Assembly (NCBI GenBank): GCA_039680575.1 | Contig: JBDKSP010000067.1 | Location: forward strand, 1-29,537 | Origin: Armatimonadota bacterium | GTDB lineage: Bacteria > Armatimonadota > UBA5829 > DTLH01 | Length of the DNA: 29,537 nt | Direction of reading: 5' to 3' | Shown: positions 22,690 to 29,537 of the stretch, one piece after another | Layout of the letters: each line of letters opens with the position of its first letter | How positions within the stretch are numbered: position 1 is the stretch's first letter | Translations under genes and position numbers: made by a program | The notes under the pieces: model-generated | Told to the model about the DNA's origin: nothing | What the model saw: only the letters and a program-made list of their open reading frames with translations | The model's database searches: none

Positions 22690-25530
22690 TTAGCCTACTG
22701 CTACGGATGCTATTCCGTGTGCCGGGACGCGAACGATGAGAGTGTCGCCTTCCATCCGCGCAGTAGAATGCTCCAGCGCCTGCTCCATCATGTCTACTTC
22801 GACAGCCGGAGCATTCGGTTTTACTATATCGCTGATCTTGATCTTTGCCTCGGTCTCCACACCCTCCATCTCGTAGACTCTCACAACGATGGACTCGGAG
22901 TCTTCAGCCTTCTTGAGACATGTCAGCATAATATTCGGAGTAAACACCTCGGCAAAGCCTTTGCTGCCGGGGAGTTTACCCTTATGGATGCTTGTGCTTA
23001 CTACGCTCATCGGCAGGCCGAACGATGCCGCAGCCCTTGCGGCATCCGGTGTGGAACAAGGCCCATCATGCGGAGCTATACCAAGAATAATTTCATGGTG
23101 GCCGATCTCAGGAAGCGGGTCGGGATCGTAGCTGGACCTGATAAGCGTAAGCCTGAGCGTATTTTTATCCGCGTTATGGCCATATTTATCGGCGTTAACC
23201 ATAGTAATTCCGCAGGAACCCTTCTTTCCCACGCAATCGCCGGAAAGATCAGCCCACTTGAGCGCCGGGACTTCCTGTCCATTGGATGGGCGCTCGATGC
23301 TTCCGAACGGAATCTCGTAGGTCCCTTTCGCGTTCTCGATCTTCGATGGGAACGCAATTCTCAGCATCGGAACACCTGTCTCTTTTGTCCCCCGTTCGAT
23401 CCAGTCGGCTGTAACCTTGAAGTCGATCATCCTGCTTCCGGCGTTCAGACCGATCTCCACAGTTATACAGGAGTCGTTTACCTTCCTGCTTGTCTTGACA
23501 GCGGCACGATACGGTCCCTTCTGAACTACCTTGAACACACCGTCGTCACTGAGCTTCTTCAACCGCTGAGTCTGACCTATCTCCCAGGCTGTCATATCGT
23601 GCGGCACTTCTTGGTAATATTCGAGCACGCCAGCAAGTTCACCTTCTGGGACGAATTCATAGCCGGTCTCTTTGTCGATCAGGCTCTTTATCGCACCTGA
23701 CGGCTGGTCTATCTCCACTTTCAGGAACTCGTTCTCCATCACGCCTGGGGATACCATCTTCACTTCTTCCGAGGCCGCAGCCGGAGTAAGAGCTTTGTCT
23801 ATGGTATAGATCCTGTAGCCCATTGCAGGTATATCTTTAGCAGAGAAAGCTATAGCCGTGAAGTCATGTCCCCAATAGTTTCCGGTCTCGAGGACCTGCC
23901 CGCTTGCGACATTGCCGGAATCGTCACGAACGGTTATCTTGTCTTTCGGGAGCTTCTTGTTCCATACCGTTGCGATTACTACTTCGGAGCGTTTGAACGG
24001 CATCTGGTTGAATATCATAAACGGTTCGGCGGAAACAGCGGTAGATGCATAGGCAGTTACTCCGCCGGGATACTTACCGTTGCCCACTCCGGCGCCGGTG
24101 CCGTCACCGATTGTCGCGCCGAGCGATCCGGCGGCAGGCTCGATTCCCGATGCCGCACTCGTATCTACTGCGGATGCGAGCTTTCTTAGCGCGTCCGTAC
24201 GTATCGATTCGGCTGTCGCTCTGATCTTCTGGAACTGCCCCTGAGCGTAATCGTAAGTCCCTCTGACCCCGGAACCTGGCAGGATGTCATGGAACTGGTT
24301 GAACATAGCCATGTACCAGGCATTCTTGATCTCATCGGCTCGATATTTATAACCAGAAGCTGCACCGGCGATAAGAGAAACCGACTCTACTTCAGGAAGA
24401 ATATTCTCGCTTATCCTGTTCGCATGCTTTACGTGGCTCTCGGATGTATAGCATCCTTCGAAGACACAATTGATCTCGTCTTTATGCACAGGCAGTGAAG
24501 TCAGGTCTTCTTTCTCAACAGCATTGAAAAATGCGTCGGTCGTCGATAATTTGACGTTCGGGAATACCGGCCAGGTGCTGATATCGACCGCTCTCACCAG
24601 GTCGCGTCTGGTCGGACCGCCGCCGTGGTCTCCTACACCATAGACAAAGAGATAGCACTTGAGTCCGGTCTCTTTGCAGAAATTGACCATGTGGTGGCCC
24701 ATTTTGGGCGTGATCGGGTTGATGTACCAGGTCTTCTCTGAAAAGACGAGCACTCTGGAACCATCAGGACCTTCCCACCAGGAGAGTGCATGTTCTACCG
24801 GACTTGGGCGACAGCGATAGTACCTTCTTACGCCGCCTCTTGAGAGAATCGATGGAATTGTTGCCGCATGTCCGAATGTATCCGGTTCCCAGTCGATCTT
24901 TATCGCATCGTACGGCAGGCCGAACTTCTCTTTCATATAACGGCGTGTGTAAAGGAGGTGCCTGCAGAGGATTTCGCCTGATGCGAGGTTCTTGTCGCCC
25001 TCTACCCACATGCTGGCGGTCGGTTCCCACCGGCCTTCTTTCATGCGCCGCTTGATCGTCTCGAATATTTCCGGAGAGTAATCCTCCATAGCCTGGTAGG
25101 TCGATGCCTGGCTCTGCGAGAAGTGAAATTCCGGGAACTCATCCATCAATCTATCTATTGTTGTAAATGTGTCTCTGGTAGTGCTCACAGTCTCCGGCCA
25201 GTCCCACAGCCAGTTCATGTCGATGTGAGCATGTCCAACGCAGTAGATCGTATAGTCCTTCGCGGCCTTACCGATAGGCGCGAGAATTTCTTCCGCCTCT
25301 TTTACAATGCTCTTCAGCCCGGCTGTACCACCGGAAGCGAGCTTGCTTGCCACAAGCTCAGCAGCTTCGACGACCAGCGGCTGCCATTCAGAAGCCTTGC
25401 CCGGATACAAATCGACGAATTCCTGAGCGAATTCGATCTCTGATCGGATTCGCCCGACAAGTAAATCCGATTCTTTCTCTGTAGACTCAACATTTTGCAA
25501 TGCGTCGTTCAGTGATTCTAAAAACCCCAT
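22690..25530 (-). CDS. GH38 alpha-mannosidase (cytoplasmic, class 2C-like)
   Basis: GHAHIDMNWLW, WEPDTFGH, YGVGDHGGGPT, GCYTS, NQFHDILPGSG, EIPFGSIERP, EVPALKWADL. No signal peptide. Start likely ATG 25530 (GGAG upstream); alternative start 25542. Confidence 0.92.
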   Translation of the reverse strand: MGFLESLNDALQNVESTEKESDLLVGRIRSEIEFAQEFVDLYPGKASEWQPLVVEAAELVASKLASGGTAGLKSIVKEAEEILAPIGKAAKDYTIYCVGHAHIDMNWLWDWPETVSTTRDTFTTIDRLMDEFPEFHFSQSQASTYQAMEDYSPEIFETIKRRMKEGRWEPTASMWVEGDKNLASGEILCRHLLYTRRYMKEKFGLPYDAIKIDWEPDTFGHAATIPSILSRGGVRRYYRCRPSPVEHALSWWEGPDGSRVLVFSEKTWYINPITPKMGHHMVNFCKETGLKCYLFVYGVGDHGGGPTRRDLVRAVDISTWPVFPNVKLSTTDAFFNAVEKEDLTSLPVHKDEINCVFEGCYTSESHVKHANRISENILPEVESVSLIAGAASGYKYRADEIKNAWYMAMFNQFHDILPGSGVRGTYDYAQGQFQKIRATAESIRTDALRKLASAVDTSAASGIEPAAGSLGATIGDGTGAGVGNGKYPGGVTAYASTAVSAEPFMIFNQMPFKRSEVVIATVWNKKLPKDKITVRDDSGNVASGQVLETGNYWGHDFTAIAFSAKDIPAMGYRIYTIDKALTPAAASEEVKMVSPGVMENEFLKVEIDQPSGAIKSLIDKETGYEFVPEGELAGVLEYYQEVPHDMTAWEIGQTQRLKKLSDDGVFKVVQKGPYRAAVKTSRKVNDSCITVEIGLNAGSRMIDFKVTADWIERGTKETGVPMLRIAFPSKIENAKGTYEIPFGSIERPSNGQEVPALKWADLSGDCVGKKGSCGITMVNADKYGHNADKNTLRLTLIRSSYDPDPLPEIGHHEIILGIAPHDGPCSTPDAARAAASFGLPMSVVSTSIHKGKLPGSKGFAEVFTPNIMLTCLKKAEDSESIVVRVYEMEGVETEAKIKISDIVKPNAPAVEVDMMEQALEHSTARMEGDTLIVRVPAHGIASVAVG

Positions 25531-25606
25531 GAAAAACTCCATAATTAGCGGTTATTTATACTTACCAATTAGTCTGTTTGCTTTCCTTCGCGGGGTTTCC
25601 TCCCCC

Positions 25607-25629
25607 ATTTGTTGAAATATATAACAAAT
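25607..25629. promoter_or_regulatory. Candidate operator in divergent promoter region
   Basis: ATTTGTT-N9-AACAAAT inverted repeat between the divergent GH38 and isomerase genes. The geometry is reminiscent of ROK-family operators. Confidence 0.3.
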
Positions 25630-25719
25630 ACGCCGCAAAAAGGAGGAGTTACGGCCTGATTTGTCTGAACATTCCTGTGGGGAAACTCTTTTCAGCGACT
25701 TAATCTGGAGGAAATTATC

Positions 25720-26472
25720 TTGAAACCTATATCTATCCAGCTCTACACCGTGCGCGATGCTTCTGCCCAGGACTTTCCGGGCACACTCAAAAAGATTGCG
25801 GAGATCGGTTACAAAGGTGTAGAGTTCGCGGGGCTCCACGGACATAAACCGTCCGAAATAGCTATGCTTGTCCAGGATCTCGGACTTCAGGTATCGAGCA
25901 GCCATACAGCTCTCCCTACGAAGGAAAACCTGGCAGAGCTTCTTGATGTCGAGCTTGCTCTCGGCAATAAGCGCGTAATCAGCGGGTTTGGACCGGACAG
26001 GTTCACTACTATAGATTCCTGCAAGAAAGCAGCGGAAGAATTCAACACCGCCTGCGAACTCGTGAAGCCTTACGGGTTCACTTACGGCATGCACAACCAC
26101 TGGTGGGAGTTCGCGACTGTTGATGGCAAGCGGGTTTATGACATTATAATGGAAGAAGCCCCTGAGATGTTCAGCGAACTCGATGTTTACTGGACGGCTT
26201 ACGGCAAATCTGACCCTGTGCAGGTCATCAACGAATATAAATCGCGCATGCCGCTTCTCCATATAAAGGATGGCACTCTTAAGGAGAATACTCCTCACCT
26301 GGCAGTCGGAGACGGTGTTCTCGACATTCCAGCAATCGTCGGCGCGGCAGACCCGAACGTCCTCGAATGGCTGATAGTCGAGCTGGACTCGTTCGACGGT
26401 GATATATTCGATGCAGTGAAGAAGAGCTACGATTATCTGACCTCATCCGGTCTTGCTGAAGGCAATAAGTAA
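25720..26472 (+). CDS. Sugar phosphate isomerase/epimerase (xylose isomerase-like TIM barrel)
   Basis: ISIQLYTVRD, IGYKGVEFAG, YGMHNHWWEF, ELDVYW, LHIKDG, WLIVELD metal-binding motifs. TTG start after GGAGGA. Confidence 0.88.
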   Translation: MKPISIQLYTVRDASAQDFPGTLKKIAEIGYKGVEFAGLHGHKPSEIAMLVQDLGLQVSSSHTALPTKENLAELLDVELALGNKRVISGFGPDRFTTIDSCKKAAEEFNTACELVKPYGFTYGMHNHWWEFATVDGKRVYDIIMEEAPEMFSELDVYWTAYGKSDPVQVINEYKSRMPLLHIKDGTLKENTPHLAVGDGVLDIPAIVGAADPNVLEWLIVELDSFDGDIFDAVKKSYDYLTSSGLAEGNK

Positions 26473-26481
26473 ATCCGAACG

Positions 26482-26580
26482 GTGTTGAAAGACACTTTAA
26501 GAAAATACGGGAAAGCACCGTATAAAATAGCAGTTATCCACGGCGGTCCCAGAGCGCCCGGAAGTGTTGCCCCTGCACCA
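26482..26580 (+). pseudogene. 5' stub of an alpha/beta-fold hydrolase
   Basis: LRKYGKAPYKIAVIHGGPRAPGSVAP matches the HGGPG-type N-terminus of alpha/beta hydrolases. Similarity stops after about 32 codons. Confidence 0.5.
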
Positions 26581-26626
26581 GGGAGAATTCTTCTTATGCG
26601 GGCGTTCTGGTACCGCTCCAGAACGC

Positions 26627-26841
26627 ATACAAAGCATGGATTTCCTCAATCAACGCTATACAGGCCTTACTTCTGACCTAAAGGCAAGACTCCAAAAGCA
26701 TAATGAAGGCGGCTCTCCCCACACAAGTAAGTATAAACCATGGAAACTGATAACTTTTGTCCGATTTGAGGACGATGATAAAGCTGCAGCCTTTGAAAAG
26801 CACTCAAGAGCGGTTCCGGAAGGGATTTTGCGAACAAGCAG
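26627..26841 (+). pseudogene. Small GIY-YIG nuclease remnant (5'-truncated, frameshifted)
   Basis: IQSMDFLNQRYTGLTSDLKARLQKHNEGGSPHTSKYKPWKLITFVRFEDDDKAAAFEK, then after a one-base shift at ~26803 LKSGSGRDFANKQ, the typical C-terminus. The first (Y-V-Y) motif and start codon are missing. Confidence 0.75.
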
Positions 26842-26878
26842 TCAATCAATAGAGTTCTATCCGTCTATGATCCAGCTA

Positions 26879-28045
26879 TCATCGATTACCTTTGGCTCGA
26901 TTGTGGGTAATGCAGAGCATCTGGCAGTTCTTGGCCGAACTATCGCCGCCCTTACTCCACGCGGAAACGTGGTCGGCGTCCATTTCGTCGAGCTTGTAGA
27001 TTCTGCTCTTATTCGCATTGTTTCCTATCGCGCAGAGCGGGCAGTTGGAATTGCCCTTCGGTTTGGCGTCGCTCGTTTGTTTTTCGTAGACTGACCTCTT
27101 CGTGGCATCGTCGAACACCCGCACATTCAAAAGCTTGGTATCTTGAAGACCGCCGAGAACGTATTCGAAGACGCCGCGACGATTCTTGACGTAGGGGTCG
27201 CCATATAGCCGCTTGACCTCGGCAGAAACTTTGGCCAGGTCATATGACTTGGAATGGTATTGCTCGTAGATCCGTCCCCACTCGAGTCCCCGCATTTCGA
27301 TCTCGACATCTTTGAACACGCCCGAAACCCAGTCGATCACGCTGTTGAAGTAGGTCTTCAGCTCATTGATGTTGTTGTCGTTGCGATGCTGGCTCATGTA
27401 GCTGCCGATGTCGCCCTTGCTCACCCAGTCCAGCGCCCGCTCCAGGAACTCCTGCCGGTTGGCGCTGCCCTTGACGTATGCGCTCCATTTCTGGATGTTC
27501 GCGTTCTGGCTATTGCTGAACTCAGCCTTTGCAAGCGTCACGAACGGGCCGGAGTAGATGGCGTTCAATAGCTCTTGTGGGTTGAGCGGCACACCTGCGA
27601 TGTTGATAGTCTCAAACCACTGCTTGATTTCGCTCTCCGTGCCCTCGCACTCGTAAATCAGCAATTTCGAGCCTCGAATCCTGGCTTGTTGGTCGGCGGG
27701 CAGGCTGTCGAAGTTCTTCGGATTGCCGTTATCCATGATCGCGAACTTATTCGTAACGAACCGCCCGATACTGGTGATCCGCTGCTGGCCGTCCAGCACC
27801 TCAAACTTGTCCTTCGCGACTGTGTTGAAATAGATCAGTCCCAGCGGATACCCATTGAGCAGCGATTCGATGACCGCTTGCTCTTTCTTGCCTCCGCCAT
27901 CCGCATAGATGTAGTTGCGCTGGTACTCCGGCTGGATGGTGAGCTTGCCGTTAAGACCGTACAGCCCTTTGCCCTCCAATTGGTTGTACACAAACCCCGT
28001 GCAGATGTCGGCGACGGTAACGTCGATTCGAAGCTTGGTGTTCAT
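26879..28045 (-). CDS. DUF262 (GmrS/ParB-like) + C-terminal HNH endonuclease
   Basis: DUF262 motifs IQPEYQRNY, VLDGQQRITS, WFETINIAGVPLN. HNH with Zn-knuckle CPLC...DADHVSAWSKGG...NCQMLCITHNRAKG. Start ATG 28045 overlaps the MTase stop (ATGA) and has a GAGGGGAG RBS; 388 aa. Confidence 0.88.
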   Translation of the reverse strand: MNTKLRIDVTVADICTGFVYNQLEGKGLYGLNGKLTIQPEYQRNYIYADGGGKKEQAVIESLLNGYPLGLIYFNTVAKDKFEVLDGQQRITSIGRFVTNKFAIMDNGNPKNFDSLPADQQARIRGSKLLIYECEGTESEIKQWFETINIAGVPLNPQELLNAIYSGPFVTLAKAEFSNSQNANIQKWSAYVKGSANRQEFLERALDWVSKGDIGSYMSQHRNDNNINELKTYFNSVIDWVSGVFKDVEIEMRGLEWGRIYEQYHSKSYDLAKVSAEVKRLYGDPYVKNRRGVFEYVLGGLQDTKLLNVRVFDDATKRSVYEKQTSDAKPKGNSNCPLCAIGNNANKSRIYKLDEMDADHVSAWSKGGDSSAKNCQMLCITHNRAKGNR

Positions 28046-29199
28046 TTTGTCTCCCCTCTTACGGGCCGGGCATGGTGGCGGATGAAAAGGCGCTTGTAGA
28101 CTCTTTGTCCATTGACTAAAGCTTGTGCCGTCCCTCCACACCACAGCCCGTTGGAAAAGCCTTTGCCTTCGCTTTCGGTCGCTCCCAAAATCTCGAACTG
28201 GTCGGGGTTGTACTTGTCGAGGAAGGTGATCGGCACACCCATGACACCGTCGTATTCGCTTGGGATTGCGTCGGTGAACGGCACTTCGATTGCGTCGTAG
28301 TTGTCGTACCGGTCGTAAGCCGCCTTACCCTTGATCTCCTTGTGCTTGCTGAACCGGAAGTTGTCCGCCATGGTCATGAGCGGCAGCTTCTCGTGCCGGC
28401 GTCCATGATCGAGGTTCGTGTACCAGCGAACACCTTTAACGCGGATGTACTTGACGCCGTTTTCGTCGACGCGCCAACCAGCCGCGTTCAGCGGATAGTG
28501 GTCTGGAACGCGGAACTCGCGGTCGCCGCTGTGAATGGTGACACCCATCCATAGATTGTCGGCCTTGATGAGCGGGAAGATCTCCTTGTAAGTGATCGCT
28601 TGGACGTTACCTATGATCAGGAACTTCTTTCCAAGCTCCACAAGTTGCGCCACATACACTCGAAACAGCGAGAACGGCGGGTTGGTAACCACGATGTCCG
28701 CCTGTTTGAGATAGCCGATGCACTCCTCGCTGCGGAAATCGCCGCCGGGGTATTTGTCGTCGCCTTTGAGCGCGATTCGTGCGGCCTTGTTGCGCTTGAG
28801 GAAAAGCTTCACGTCGTCCATGTTGGCTGCCCCGTCGCCGTCCTCGTCCTTGACATGGTCGAGGATGACGGCCAGCGCCTTGGGCTTTTGCCGCTTGCCG
28901 TTTCCCTCGTTGTATTCCGGAAACAACGTACCCTGCCCGGCGATGGGCGAGCCATCATAGCTGGTGGAGATAAGCTTCTTGAGGCCGAGTTTGTTGAAGT
29001 TGGTTGCGAAATATTTGAAGAAGTTGCTCTCGAAGGGGTCGTCGCAGTTGCAGTAGACGACCTTGCCGCGGAACGTGTCTGGATCGAACTCCAGGTAGGC
29101 TTCGACCTCTTTCTGGATGTCGATGTACTGGGTGTAGAACTCGTCCTGCTTGGCCGCCTTCGCGGCGTGCAGGCTTAGGTTCAGCGGCTTGCTTTCCAT
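28042..29199 (-). CDS. Adenine-specific DNA methyltransferase, EcoRI-methylase family
   Basis: KQDEFYTQ, KVVYCNCDDPFESNFFKYF, GGDFRSEEC, catalytic DIVVTNPPFSLFR, KKFLIIGN, RWYTNLD, C-terminal YDNYDAIEV...GVMGVPITFLDKYNPDQFEILG. Start ATG 29199 (alternative TTG 29205). Confidence 0.9.
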   Translation of the reverse strand: MESKPLNLSLHAAKAAKQDEFYTQYIDIQKEVEAYLEFDPDTFRGKVVYCNCDDPFESNFFKYFATNFNKLGLKKLISTSYDGSPIAGQGTLFPEYNEGNGKRQKPKALAVILDHVKDEDGDGAANMDDVKLFLKRNKAARIALKGDDKYPGGDFRSEECIGYLKQADIVVTNPPFSLFRVYVAQLVELGKKFLIIGNVQAITYKEIFPLIKADNLWMGVTIHSGDREFRVPDHYPLNAAGWRVDENGVKYIRVKGVRWYTNLDHGRRHEKLPLMTMADNFRFSKHKEIKGKAAYDRYDNYDAIEVPFTDAIPSEYDGVMGVPITFLDKYNPDQFEILGATESEGKGFSNGLWCGGTAQALVNGQRVYKRLFIRHHARPVRGETK

Positions 29200-29255
29200 G
29201 GGCAATTTGCTTCCTTGACATCATTTCGGTTATAAGTGATTCTACGGACCTGCCT

Positions 29256-29284
29256 ATTATCCCTTGTGGGGTGATCAGTGTCAA
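29256..29284 (-). promoter_or_regulatory. Sigma-70-type promoter of the MTase/DUF262-HNH operon
   Basis: Minus strand TTGACA (29284-29279), 17-nt spacer, GATAAT (29261-29256), about 56 nt upstream of the MTase start. Confidence 0.7.
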
Positions 29285-29537
29285 GTTCGGCTCTACAGGC
29301 GGGTTGAAATGCTTCGTCGCAAAAACCATGCGCTGAAGCAAAATTATCATATATGTTCTCTTTTCTAGCTCCGCACTTCCCCAAATAGCCAAAAATAAGC
29401 CATCTCTATCCCAGGGCAAACGCACAAGTATAATTTCCGTTAAGAGTGCATGCGAAGGATTAATTGCGAGTACAGTTTGTGACATATATAACAATTAGGT
29501 ACTATTAAAAAGGTTGTAGAAGTAGTAGGTATATTGC

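Noticed and set aside
22684..23700. 338-aa ORF on the + strand and other long antisense ORFs (e.g. 8015-8695, 14742-15383, 21286-21924, 25552-26298)
   Set aside because: They are shadows of well-supported genes on the opposite strand and carry no recognisable motifs.
26585..26590. GAATTC site avoidance as evidence for the MTase specificity
   Set aside because: GAATTC occurs many times in the window (e.g. 7252, 8009, 10951, 26585), so there is no avoidance. Family membership alone does not fix the target, and the cassette may be recent.
26564..27094. 176-aa ORF as an intact GIY-YIG protein
   Set aside because: Only the middle is GIY-YIG-like. The true C-terminus is in another frame, and the tail is antisense to the HNH gene.
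28955..29494. 179-aa minus-strand ORF upstream of and overlapping the MTase
   Set aside because: It overlaps the MTase out of frame, spans its promoter and has no recognisable motif.

Overview
A 29.5 kb bacterial accessory region in five blocks. (1) 1-1770: tail of an amino-sugar cluster, with a WecE/RffA-type aminotransferase split by a single-base frameshift, an ArnE/F-like small flippase and a bidirectional terminator. (2) 1777-9995: a fructose-family PTS resembling the E. coli frw genes (EIIC, EIIB, HPr-EI-EIIA fusion), a signal-peptide-bearing GH38 alpha-mannosidase and a divergent YijO-like AraC regulator. (3) 10046-20303: a glycosylation island. It has a TPR-GT2-TPR protein, a stand-alone radical SAM/SPASM enzyme, a pyruvyltransferase-family gene and a 1912-aa radical SAM + multi-glycosyltransferase fusion. 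Both outer transcription units carry good sigma-28 (FliA/SigD) promoter matches, which points to flagellar or motility-coupled glycosylation. (4) 20580-26472: DUF2500-like protein, GH29 alpha-fucosidase, cytoplasmic GH38 mannosidase and a divergent sugar-phosphate isomerase/epimerase. (5) 26482-29537: gene debris (alpha/beta-hydrolase stub, frameshifted GIY-YIG remnant), then a higher-GC two-gene operon encoding an EcoRI-family adenine methyltransferase translationally coupled to a DUF262-HNH nuclease, a candidate non-canonical restriction-modification/defence system. Two families of intergenic palindromic repeats are present. One is a CGTC-tagged REP-like family with compensatory base changes, one copy of which carries a two-hairpin insert in its loop. 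The other is a ~60-bp GCTGCGGGAA-ended element. All product calls come from motif recognition by eye; no database search was run.
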